A stretch of 64,000 nt of DNA from an uncultured Lentisphaerales bacterium (GTDB lineage Bacteria; Verrucomicrobiota; Lentisphaeria; JABSQK01; UBA12247). The notes beneath the pieces are model-generated. The model was not told the DNA's origin, did no database searches, and saw nothing but the letters and a program-made list of their open reading frames with translations. Position 1 is the first letter of the stretch; each line of letters begins with the position of its first letter. Location: positions 160,001-224,000 of the forward strand of contig CALSSJ010000012.1 in the NCBI GenBank assembly GCA_943788985.1, in the 5' to 3' direction. A program made the translations under genes and the position numbers. Of this stretch, positions 18,643 to 27,833 are shown piece after piece.

Positions 18643-19060
18643 AAGATCGATTCTCGAATTCTTGAACGCGTCATTCTAGGCCAGCGCAGTGCATTTTGTG
18701 AAAGTTCACTGGGGCTTCAGAGACGAATTGATCTTGCTGCACACCTGAAGCACGAGAGAGTCGTTGTCGTTACTGGGATTCGCCAGGTGGGGAAGTCGAC
18801 TCTGCTGGGGCAGATTGCCGAACGTTTCGATGAATTTCATCACGCCGAATTGGGGACGCACCTTACCGGCCGCCACAGCCGCGTGGAAGTTTTCCGTTCT
18901 CCTTCCGGGAAGTACTGGATCTGAAGGGAATCGATGCGCTTGCGACCATGACAACCATTCAAGCGGCAAGAGTCCAGGCGGAATTCGATTTATACCTGAT
19001 GGACGGCGGCATCCCCAGTCACGTTCCCTGCTTCTGACCCCGGGGGAGAGTCACGGCATT
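18643..19060 (+). pseudogene. Remnant of AAA_14/DUF4143 ATP-binding protein (N-terminal part)
   Basis: Translates VVVVTGIRQVGKSTLL (Walker A) joined directly to ELGTHLTGRH; start codon and Walker B region are missing. Confidence 0.7.
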
Positions 19061-19102
19061 GATTTGGTCGACACCGGCCCCGAACTACGCGACCTGCAGA
19101 TT

Positions 19103-19868
19103 CTATCTGCCTGGCGGTGGTTGCTGGGCTTTTGATTGGCTCTCTTCCTCAGGCTGATAGCCATGCCGGAGCATGTCCTCATGAAAGCAGGGAAAGGTGT
19201 GGCGGCCAGTCGCGGTTCGCCAGCGTCCGACGGATTCCGGGCGCACCGGGATCGTGGTCATGCGCCGATCCAGGAAGTCTTCCAGCCGGGCGAGGGTGCG
19301 AGGCTGGTCGAGTACAAAGTCTTCGAAGCGTACCGGGAGCAGATGACGCGGGGACGGCGTGGCGTTGAAGATGTCCGCCTGGTACTTCCAGCTGATCGCC
19401 CGGCGCTCGCGCTCGTCGTCGGTGCGATCGTAGGGCACGCCAAAGTCGGCGAGGTCGTCGGTAATATGACCGCCAACGATCGAGTCGCGGGGATCGCGTA
19501 CCCAGAAGATGTAGTGGATCTCCGGAAACAGGCGCACGATCCAGGGAAAGCAGAGGATGGTCTCCGGCAGCTTCCAGCCCTTGTCGGGCGCGTCGCTGGC
19601 CAGGACGCTGGCGAGATACGCCTCGACCAGCCGGCGAAAGGCGGGGTCGATGGGCATGGTGTGGAGGCGCTCGAAGTCCCACTGGCAGTTCCCGCGATGG
19701 ACGACGTGCCGGGCGAAGACCCGACAGGCTTCGTACATGGCCGCGGCCGGGACGAGGTCGCCAGAGGACTCGTTGATGTCCGGCGCCCATGTAGAAGCCG
19801 CTGGCGCTCAGGGTGTGCGACATGGCGCGGGTGCCAGAGTGGCCGCGCCCAATTACGGTGACGATCAT
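19103..19868 (-). CDS. Sulfotransferase family protein (1-bp frameshift near 19780)
   Basis: 5'-PSB-like VIGRGHSGT, GWKLP, 3'-PB VRDPRD, VRFED, SVGRWR. N-terminus MIVTVIGRGHSGT...MGA joins DINESSGDL...MYEAC after removing one base. Confidence 0.8.
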
Positions 19869-20861
19869 CGTATGTGCACCACGGTTTCGGTTTGTACGGA
19901 TTCGATCGCTGCGGCCAACACCTTTTGGGCGGCCAGGCCATCGGTCCCCGGAGCCGTCGATCTCGTCCGGGGCCGCGCCCTCGTTGAGCTGCTCGACAAA
20001 CCGCGACAGGCGATTGCGAAAGGTGTCGTCGAAGTCGCGCATGCCGCCGAACACCGGGTTGGTGTAGACGCGTTTCTGCGAGTCGCCCGCAGGATAGAGG
20101 GTGGCCTCGCGGAAGATGTCGTCGATGACGAACCGGCCCTTGGTGCCAGCCACTTCAGTGCGCTCCATGGGATGGCCCCGCTCGATGTCGTAGCTGCCGG
20201 TCAGGTGCCCAAGCGCGCCGCTTTTGAAGCGCATGTTGAACTGGGCTGTGGACCAGATGGTGCGCCCGGGGGCTTTAAGGCCGAAGCACTGGACGGCTTC
20301 GATGTCGCCGCAGAAGTAGCGCATGATGTCCACCGTGTGCGGATGTAGCGCCTTGATCTGAAACCAGGGCGACGACTCGCGTGGGTTCATGATCCACATG
20401 CTGATGTTCATGAACAGCTGGTGGCCGATGCGTCCCTCATCTACCCATTGCCGGGCGAGCCGGGCAGCGGGCGTGAAGCGGTGGTTGAGGTCGATGCCGT
20501 AACAAACCCCGGCGGCTTGGGCAGCGGCGACCATTTCCTCGCCCTTGGCGATCTCGTTCGAGATGGGCTTTTCGCCGAGGACATGCTTACCGGCGGCGAT
20601 GGCTTCCATGGTCGGCTCGTAGTGGTCGCTCCCGTATTCCTCGCCTCCGGTGGCGACGCTGACCATGTCCAGCTCGACGTTGGCGAGCATCTCGGCCACC
20701 GAGTGGAACGCTGGCACGCCGTGCGCCAGAGCAGCAGCGGCGGCGCGCTCGCTGTTCCGGTCACAGACCGCGACCAACTCCCCATCTGCCATTTCCCGGT
20801 ACAGGCGTGCGTGCTTGTTGCCGATCGGGCCAAGGCCGATGACGCCAATTCGTTGTTTCAT
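19865..20861 (-). CDS. Gfo/Idh/MocA family oxidoreductase (1-bp frameshift at 19946-19949)
   Basis: GLGPIG, EKPI, NHRF. Removing one base restores the typical C-terminus DGLAAQKVLAAAIES...R*, whose TGA overlaps the sulfotransferase ATG. Confidence 0.88.
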
Positions 20862-20873
20862 CAGAGCCACCTG

Positions 20874-22259
20874 CTACCGCGACCGCGCTTGGAGCTTGCG
20901 GGCCTGCTCCGGGTCGCCGATATGGAGGGTGTCGTAGGCCTGCTGGCTGCTCTCGAAGTAATCGATGCCCGGGTGCCCATGCCAACCGGGCTGATGGTGC
21001 ATGGGGTTGGGCTTACCGACCGCGGCCACCCGCTTGTCGATGTGCGCCTGCATCTGCGCTTCCAGCAGCGCCACGATGTCTGGATGTTGATCCGCGACAT
21101 TGTCGTTCTCATCCGGATCGGTGATCAGGTTGTAGAGCTCGACCTCGGGCTTGAAATGCACGTCGGGCTCGAGCGCGTGGATGAGCTTCCATTCGGGCGT
21201 GCGCCAGCCATGCTTACGCATCCAGGTGCACTCGGAAATATAGAACGAGGAGGCAAAGCTGGCCGCCTCGCCACGCACCAATTGCATGAGCGACTGGCCG
21301 TCGAAGTCAATGCCCGGCTCGATCTCGGCCAGTTCCATGAGGGTCGGTACGAGGTTCATGTGCTGGTTGTAGCCAGGCACGCGTTGCCCAGCGGGAACCT
21401 TACCCGGGTAGCGGATGATCAGCGGCACTTTGAGGCAGACGTCGTAAATACCGTGGTGGTCGAACCAGCATTCGTGGTCGTAGAGGGTTTCGCCATGGTC
21501 GCCGTTGAGGACGACGATGGTGTCCTCGGCGATGCCAAGCTTGTCCAGCGTCTCGAAGAGGACGCGGATGCAGGCGTCCATGTAGGCGATGGCGCCGTCG
21601 TATTGGGCGATCACGTAGTCTTTATCGGTGATCCCGGGCGGCATCCAGCTCATGAAGTAGTCGGCGAACGGTTTGAAGGCCATGACCGGTTCCATGGAGC
21701 TGTTGCTGGGATCGCACTCATCGCCATGGTAGAACATGCGATCGTAGGGCGCTGGCGGCAAGTACGGCGAGTGCGGGTCCATGTGGCGCAGGAAGAGCAG
21801 AAACGGCTTGTCGCCGGCGGCCAGCCGCTCGAGCTCTGGCACGGCCACTTCGTTCAGGCCTTCGGCCTTGCGCAGGCAACCATCCTCGGCGCTGCCCCAA
21901 CTCTGGAAGTTGAGGTAGTTGTCGAATCCACGCGAGCCCGGGTTTCCCTCGAAGCCGACGCAAGTGGTCTCGTAGCCTGCCTTGCCGAGAATCTCGGGCA
22001 GGGTACTGACGTCGTCGGTGAGCGGGCCCTTGTGGCGCAGCGCGACGCACTGGGTGGAGAAGATGTCCTTGCCGGTGAGCATGCAGCTGTAGGCCGGCGT
22101 GGTCGGGACATTCGGCGAGAAGGTGTTCTCGAACAGCGTTGCGGACTCCGCAAACCGGTCGATGTGGGGGGTGGTCAGCCGGTCGTACCCGTAGCAGCTC
22201 ATGTGCGTGGAAAGCAGCGAGTCAATGCCGATCAGAAGAATATTCGGTTTCTTGGGCAT
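20874..22259 (-). CDS. Sulfatase-fold (alkaline phosphatase superfamily) hydrolase with non-canonical Thr motif
   Basis: PNILLIGIDSL, TPHID, PTTPAYSCMLTG in place of CxPxR, DPHSPY, YDG.I.Y.D, GDHGE, VPLII; AAGGA RBS before ATG22259. Confidence 0.9.
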   Translation of the reverse strand: MPKKPNILLIGIDSLLSTHMSCYGYDRLTTPHIDRFAESATLFENTFSPNVPTTPAYSCMLTGKDIFSTQCVALRHKGPLTDDVSTLPEILGKAGYETTCVGFEGNPGSRGFDNYLNFQSWGSAEDGCLRKAEGLNEVAVPELERLAAGDKPFLLFLRHMDPHSPYLPPAPYDRMFYHGDECDPSNSSMEPVMAFKPFADYFMSWMPPGITDKDYVIAQYDGAIAYMDACIRVLFETLDKLGIAEDTIVVLNGDHGETLYDHECWFDHHGIYDVCLKVPLIIRYPGKVPAGQRVPGYNQHMNLVPTLMELAEIEPGIDFDGQSLMQLVRGEAASFASSFYISECTWMRKHGWRTPEWKLIHALEPDVHFKPEVELYNLITDPDENDNVADQHPDIVALLEAQMQAHIDKRVAAVGKPNPMHHQPGWHGHPGIDYFESSQQAYDTLHIGDPEQARKLQARSR

Positions 22260-22287
22260 GGTCATTTCCTTATTGCAGGGGATGTGT

Positions 22288-23085
22288 TCAGCGAGCACCG
22301 CAGGCCTGGAGGCAGGCTTGCATGTGCCCGCGGGCTTCGGCAGCAATGGTGCAGCAGCGCTCGAGCGTGTAGTCCTTGGCGCCGATGACTTCGAGATTGA
22401 CCGGGCCGGTGTAGCCACTCTCGTGGAGCACGCGCATGTAGCCGAGCAGGTCGATGTCGCCGCGACCGTTGGCCTGGTCCTCGGGCTTGCCGGGGCCTTG
22501 CTGCCGGCCCTTGCAGTCGCGAATATGGACGTGGCGAATGCGGTCCACAACCGCGCTGATTGCCTCGACCGGGTCTTCATTGGCGCGGTGGATGTGGCTG
22601 GGGTCCATGTCCAGGCCAAAGGCCGGCGAGGTGATCGCCGCCAGCGCCTGGAGGGACGTGGGCGTGTTGTAGACTGCGGCCCCCACGTGCGCCTTGACGC
22701 AAAGCGTAATGCCGTAGTGCTCGGCCCGGGCTGCCAGGCGCGCCAGCGACTCGATGCGCTCTGCGACTGAGCCAGGCTCATTGCTCTTGCCGCCAGGCCC
22801 GCAGTTGATGACCGGAATGCCGATCTCTACCGCCGCCTGCATCGCCGCTTCCATGATCTCTGGATCCTGACTGGGCTGCTCCATGGCGAGGAGCTCGAGC
22901 TCGAGTTCCGCGGCCAGGCGCTTGATTTCGGGCGCGCAGTCGCGCCAGCGGTCGATGACGAGGTGTTCGCTCATGCCGTCGATGGCAGAGATTTCGATGC
23001 CGTCGTAACCGGCGGCCTTGATGCAGCGAAACGCGGTGGCCATGTCGTAGCCACCGAATAGTACTGAGTTTGCGCCAAGTTTCAT
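22288..23085 (-). CDS. Sugar phosphate isomerase/epimerase family TIM-barrel protein
   Basis: GYDGIEI, DPSH, HVHIRD, GRGDID, GYTGPVNLE motifs. Confidence 0.9.
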   Translation of the reverse strand: MKLGANSVLFGGYDMATAFRCIKAAGYDGIEISAIDGMSEHLVIDRWRDCAPEIKRLAAELELELLAMEQPSQDPEIMEAAMQAAVEIGIPVINCGPGGKSNEPGSVAERIESLARLAARAEHYGITLCVKAHVGAAVYNTPTSLQALAAITSPAFGLDMDPSHIHRANEDPVEAISAVVDRIRHVHIRDCKGRQQGPGKPEDQANGRGDIDLLGYMRVLHESGYTGPVNLEVIGAKDYTLERCCTIAAEARGHMQACLQACGAR

Positions 23086-23101
23086 GGTCTGACTCCCTTC
23101 T

Positions 23102-24238
23102 CTATTCTACGCCCGGGGCGCGCTCAAGGCTGGGCAATGCGTTCGGATGGACCAGTGCGCCATCGTTCTCGTACGACTCAATGGTCGCGAAGGTGTACTC
23201 CAACGACGCCAGCGCGTCCCGTCCCGAGGCACGTAGCTTGTGCTTGGGCACGTCGTTGGTCACGTCCTCGAGGAAGGCGTGGATGCGGTGCCCAAAGGTG
23301 ACATTAAAGTCGGTCTCTCCGGAGTTGGTCTCCACGGCTTTGGGCGCCTCGCCCAGATTCAGCTTGGCGGGGTCGGCAGCGCCTCCCATGCCGGGGGCTG
23401 GCTGGAAGATTAGCTTCTCGACGCAGTTCTCGATGATGAAGGTGCCGCGGGCGCCGCCTACCTCGACACTCCACCATCCTCCGTAGCCCATGGTCGCGTC
23501 GCCGCGCTGGCTGAACAGATAGCCTACCGCGCCGCTGGCAAAGCGGCAGTGGATGCTGTTCACCGACAACATCGGGTCGCTGGCCGCTTGGCGAAAGCCG
23601 GGGCGGCTCAGGAATGCCTGGATGTGGGTGATGTCGCCGCAGAAATGGCGCATGATGCTGAACGGGTGCGCCAGAAACGCCTTTACGTGAAAGTACGGGA
23701 AGTCCTTGGCATTGGCGTTGCCCATGGGGCCGCCATAGCTGCCTTCGCCGCCGACGAAGCCCATCCGGTGCAGGCAGTATATCTGTTCGCCGACCTTGCC
23801 GTCGGCAATGAGTTGGGCTGCCTCGTCGGCTGGCTCGGTGAAGAAGTGGTTGAGATTGCAGCCTAGGTAGCGGTCCTGCTTCTGGGCGAGCGCCACCATC
23901 TCGCGGGCCTCGGTGATATCGTTCGAGATGGGCTTCTCGACCAGCACGTGCTTGCCTGCCGTCAGGGCTTCCATGGTCGGCTGATAGTGCCAGCCGCCGT
24001 TTTCATCGCCACCTGTGCAGACATCCACGATGTCCAGGTCCGGATGCGCCGCGAGCATCTCCTGGACACTGCCATACGATTGGACGCCATGCTTCTCGGC
24101 GGCTTCGTCTGCCCGCTCCTTGACCACATCGCAAACCGCAACCAACTCTGCCAACTCGTCCGCCATGTGGCAACTGGCATGCTGATTGCCGATCCCACGC
24201 AAACCTACAATGCCCACTTTAAGACTCATCTTACCCAT
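23102..24238 (-). CDS. Gfo/Idh/MocA family oxidoreductase
   Basis: GLRGIG, GKHVLVEKPI, NLNH; paralog of 19865..20861 (FHVKAFLAHP vs FQIKALHPH). Confidence 0.9.
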   Translation of the reverse strand: MGKMSLKVGIVGLRGIGNQHASCHMADELAELVAVCDVVKERADEAAEKHGVQSYGSVQEMLAAHPDLDIVDVCTGGDENGGWHYQPTMEALTAGKHVLVEKPISNDITEAREMVALAQKQDRYLGCNLNHFFTEPADEAAQLIADGKVGEQIYCLHRMGFVGGEGSYGGPMGNANAKDFPYFHVKAFLAHPFSIMRHFCGDITHIQAFLSRPGFRQAASDPMLSVNSIHCRFASGAVGYLFSQRGDATMGYGGWWSVEVGGARGTFIIENCVEKLIFQPAPGMGGAADPAKLNLGEAPKAVETNSGETDFNVTFGHRIHAFLEDVTNDVPKHKLRASGRDALASLEYTFATIESYENDGALVHPNALPSLERAPGVE

Positions 24239-24373
24239 CCTGATTGGTTCCTGTTTTGTTGGCCTCAGCCCCGCGTTAGCCATAGAATTTAGCCAATCCT
24301 GACGTATTGTCCTTGACGATTCCGCCAGATCCAAGCACGATCCTACCAATCTAGTAGTCCCTGGAGCAATCCC

Positions 24374-25255
24374 ATGCCCGATACGATTCTCCGCTCACAG
24401 GTCTTTCGCGACGCCGAGTTCCCGCTTGCCGTACAGCGGATCCCGCAACACGGAAGCGGCGACGATCAACATGCCCACGCGTTCCACGAACTCGTCCTGA
24501 TCATGAAGGGACATGGGACCCATGCTGTGGGGCCAGAAAGCTACAAGTTGGAGACCGGCGACGTCTTTGTCATTCAGGGCGACACCACCCATGGCTACAT
24601 GGAGACCGACAAGATGACGCTCGTTAACATTCTCTACGACCCTGATCAGTTGCGGATTCCGCATGCGGACCTTGGCGGTCTACCCGGGTACCAGGCGCTG
24701 TTCTGTGTCGAGCCGCAGGTGCGCCGCCATCGGAAGTTTCAGAGTCGCCTGCGATTGGGCATTGACGAACTGGCCCGCGCCAGCAACCTGGTCGCCGAGT
24801 TGGCCGAAGAGTTGACCAGCAGGACGCCAGGCTACCGTTTCATGGCCACTACGCATCTCATGCGCCTGCTGGGGTACCTGTCTCGCTGCTACTCCCAACT
24901 CGATCTGGACCTGACCCGACCAGTAAACCAGATCAGCAAGGTCCTTGGATACCTGGAACGACACTTCACCGAGCCGGTGCAGGTCGCGGATCTGGTCAAG
25001 GTCGCCGGCATGTCGCAGACGTCGTTGATGCGCCACTTTGGCCAGGTAATGGAGCGCTCACCGGTCGACTACCTCATCCACCTGCGCGTCAACCATGCCA
25101 AGCGGTTGCTGCGCGGCACGCAGTTCTCCATCAGCGAAGTGGCCCTGCAATCCGGCTTCTGCGACAGCAACTACCTGGCCCGCCAGTTTCGTCGTGTAGC
25201 TGGCGTCTCGCCGCGCGAATACCGCCGCCAGGCGGCGGGAAGCGCGTTGCCTTGA
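24374..25255 (+). CDS. AraC family regulator (RhaR/RhaS-like, cupin plus HTH)
   Basis: HAHAFHELV cupin; C-terminal GFCDSNYLARQFRR...SPREYR; divergent from the Gfo operon. Confidence 0.93.
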   Translation: MPDTILRSQVFRDAEFPLAVQRIPQHGSGDDQHAHAFHELVLIMKGHGTHAVGPESYKLETGDVFVIQGDTTHGYMETDKMTLVNILYDPDQLRIPHADLGGLPGYQALFCVEPQVRRHRKFQSRLRLGIDELARASNLVAELAEELTSRTPGYRFMATTHLMRLLGYLSRCYSQLDLDLTRPVNQISKVLGYLERHFTEPVQVADLVKVAGMSQTSLMRHFGQVMERSPVDYLIHLRVNHAKRLLRGTQFSISEVALQSGFCDSNYLARQFRRVAGVSPREYRRQAAGSALP

Positions 25256-25269
25256 TCCAGCCGGAGAGG

Positions 25270-25690
25270 TCAATTCACAAATCTCAGTCCGTCGGGAATG
25301 GCGTACAGGGGGATGTTGAGGGTGCGATCGTCGCGCTTGAAGTTCAATAGCGTAGCGCGGAGTCGTGCCGGTGGCGAAAATTGAGCGTCGAATGACTGCA
25401 GGCTTTTGCTCTTCGGATTGACGGCGGCCTTGACCTCCAGAGGAAATACAAGCCTTCCTGCTCGATCAGAAAGTCTACCTCGGCCTTGCCGCTCGCGCTG
25501 CGCCAGTAATGAAGATCCATACTAGCTGCCAGCTGCCAGCTGCCAGCTGCTAAGCTCCGAAGTTCTCGACGAGGGCACCGCGATACTCAGCAAACAGGCA
25601 AGCGCCTCGAACCGCCAGTTGCGGGGCGTTTCTGCCAGAGCGCCAAGCAGCGTGACATCTAGCGCATACACCTTGAAACACCGCCTAGCC
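25270..25690 (-). pseudogene. Remnant of DUF4143 ATP-binding protein (C-terminal part)
   Basis: Reverse strand gives FKVYALDV.LL, EYRGALVENF, LHYWRS...AEVDF, PLEVKA...KSL, NIPLY across frameshifts. Confidence 0.75.
25524..25551. repeat. 7-bp tandem repeat (AGCTGCC)x3 + AGCTGCT
   Basis: Directly visible inside the DUF4143 remnant. Confidence 0.85.
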
Positions 25691-26043
25691 TCGCAGCCTT
25701 GTCAGGGCACCCGCGCGGTTTCAACGGCAAAGACCCGAGTCGTGCGCTCTTGCGCTGTTCTCGACGACCGAAAACCAGAACTTCTTGTTCTCGCGTGAAA
25801 GATGCTTCGGAATCGACTCCCAAATCGCCGCCGGCTTGGGCACATCACACGTCGGGGCGTGCTTCGCGAAGTCCAGCATGTAGGCATCGCAGCTCCCGCG
25901 AAAGATGAAACGTGGGGAGAGGGCAGGCAGAGGCGGGGGAACGGATCGGCAAAAAATTAAGGGGTAAAAAATGAAGATGGCAGGGGGTGCTGCGAGTATC
26001 CATGAGTGCCGCAGCTTCTTGGCCAGTATTCCTAATTCGTTGC

Positions 26044-26211
26044 CTAGGAGCCTGTCCGACCTAGCTAAATCTGCTGCAAAACCGCCCAGTCGGCACCATT
26101 TCTTGGCCCGTTGCGGTTGTTAAAATTCAATATACGCCCTTCAACGGGCCAATTCTGGCGCTCGATGGCTCGATCTCTCGCGACGATCCCCTAATTCCGA
26201 CAGACTCCTAG
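26044..26211. mobile_element. MITE-like element, family B copy 1, CTAG-bounded
   Basis: Ends CTAGGAGCCTGTCCGACCTAG and reverse complement CTAGGAGTCTGTCGGAATTAG (17/21 match); internal perfect 11-bp IR ttggcccgttg/caacgggccaa. Confidence 0.75.
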
Positions 26212-26332
26212 CCTCGCTCTCCGGAAATATTTTGCCTTTGTATCTTTTACCCTTTTCGTTCGCACTGCCATGTTGCCGTGAAGAGTGGGGAGTTTCGGAT
26301 TACCCTCCAAGCCTGCGCGTTGCAAACGTCGG

Positions 26333-26360
26333 TTGACAAGTTACCAGAGATCACCATAGT
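26333..26360 (+). promoter_or_regulatory. Putative sigma70 promoter of the sulfatase pair
   Basis: TTGACA-N16-CATAGT about 75 bp upstream of the sulfatase start. Confidence 0.4.
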
Positions 26361-26433
26361 TAAACGTGTTGTATCTCAGGTGGCCTTTCTGCCGTGGGTT
26401 CTTCACCGCCTGCTGTAGGTTACTGAGTCCGTT

Positions 26434-27813
26434 ATGTTGACAACAAGGAGCAGCCCATTGAGAAACCATCTTTTCCTATTGCTAACGATTCTGGTCGTCT
26501 GGGCGGCAGGCGCCGAATCACAGAAGCCAAACATTGTGGTCTTCCTTGCTGATGACATGGGCTGGGGCGATTCGTCCCCCTATGGCCACCCGCTGGTGAA
26601 GAGTCCCAACTTGGACAAACTTGCCGCCGAGGGCGTGAAGCTTACCCAGTGCTACTCGGCATCGGGCGTCTGCTCACCATCGCGCTCAGCTATTCTTACC
26701 GGGCGGACTCCGTATCGCAATGGCGTCTGGCGCCATTTGTCTGGGAATCACGAAGCCCACCTGCGGGCCAGCGAGATTACCTATCCTGAGCTGCTCAAGG
26801 GTATTGGCTACGAGACTTGCCATGTCGGCAAGTGGCATCTTAACTCGAAGCAGCAGTTCAACACGCCCGACTTCCCTCAGCCCGGAGACCACGGCTACGA
26901 TCACTACATGTTCACGCACAACAACGCCAGCCCCAGCCACAAGGACCCCGACAACTTTGTACGTAATGGCGAGCCTCTCGGCGAGATGGAGGGCTACTCC
27001 GCGACTCTCGTCGCCACAGAAGCAGTGCGCTGGCTCAAGGAGGTGCGCGATTCGAGCAAGCCTTTCGTCCTCTCAATTTGGGTGCACGAACCGCACAAGC
27101 CGATCGCTACCGACCCCCGATTTGCCGGGCAGTACGACGGGCACAAGAATAGCGTCTACATGGGCAATATCACGCAACTCGACAATGCCCTGGGCATGGT
27201 CATGGCAGAGTTGGATGCGCAGAAGGTCAGCGACAATACACTACTGATGTTCAGCTCCGACAACGGCCCGATTGCTGGCGTCGGCGGTAGTTCTGGCGGC
27301 TTGCGCGGCGGCAAGCGAAGCGATCACGAGGGAGGAATTCGCGTACCCGGCATTGTCCGCTGGCCTGGGCAGATCAAGCCTGGCACGGTCAGTGATGTCC
27401 CTGTGATTGGCTCCGATGTCTTTGCCACTGTGCTCGACATGGTCGGCATCCCGCTGCCGACGGATCGCACGATCGACGGCGTCAGCATGCTGCCCGCCTT
27501 TCAAGGTAAGCCAGTGAAGCGCAAGGTCCCGCTCTTCTGGCGTACCCACGTCTCGGGAGCCGATAATCGGGTTGCTCTGCGCGTGGGCGACTGGAAGATC
27601 GTCGGCAACGACACCATGACCGAGTTTCAGCTCTTTGAGATTCAGAAGGACTGGAAGGAAGAAAACGACCTCATGGCCAAGATGCCAGAAAAGGCCGAGG
27701 AGCTGAAGAAGATCCTGTTCAAGGTCTGGCAAGATATCGAGACGGAAGGGCCGAGCGAATGGTGGAAGGCCGAACGTGCTAGGCCCATGCGCGGCGCAAC
27801 ACTGAACTACTGA
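26434..27813 (+). CDS. Formylglycine-dependent sulfatase (S1), secreted
   Basis: Signal peptide; PNIVVFLADDMG, CSPSRSAILTGR, GKWHL, SDNG, EGGIRVP. Confidence 0.95.
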   Translation: MLTTRSSPLRNHLFLLLTILVVWAAGAESQKPNIVVFLADDMGWGDSSPYGHPLVKSPNLDKLAAEGVKLTQCYSASGVCSPSRSAILTGRTPYRNGVWRHLSGNHEAHLRASEITYPELLKGIGYETCHVGKWHLNSKQQFNTPDFPQPGDHGYDHYMFTHNNASPSHKDPDNFVRNGEPLGEMEGYSATLVATEAVRWLKEVRDSSKPFVLSIWVHEPHKPIATDPRFAGQYDGHKNSVYMGNITQLDNALGMVMAELDAQKVSDNTLLMFSSDNGPIAGVGGSSGGLRGGKRSDHEGGIRVPGIVRWPGQIKPGTVSDVPVIGSDVFATVLDMVGIPLPTDRTIDGVSMLPAFQGKPVKRKVPLFWRTHVSGADNRVALRVGDWKIVGNDTMTEFQLFEIQKDWKEENDLMAKMPEKAEELKKILFKVWQDIETEGPSEWWKAERARPMRGATLNY

Positions 27814-27833
27814 GAAACAGAGAGCTGACTCCT

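Noticed and set aside
19179..20870. 563-aa ORF as a novel oxidoreductase fusion
   Set aside because: Explained by two 1-bp frameshifts; the tail is an off-frame Arg/Pro-rich read of the sulfotransferase.
20421..22388. 655-aa plus-strand ORF
   Set aside because: Antisense shadow of the sulfatase-fold and Gfo genes in GC-rich DNA; no motifs.
25524..25551. Phase-variation or CRISPR-like repeat
   Set aside because: Only four 7-bp units, with no spacers, inside an already degraded gene.
18643..25690. One AAA_14 gene split by insertion of the AraC cluster
   Set aside because: The two remnants are on opposite strands and look like different subfamilies.
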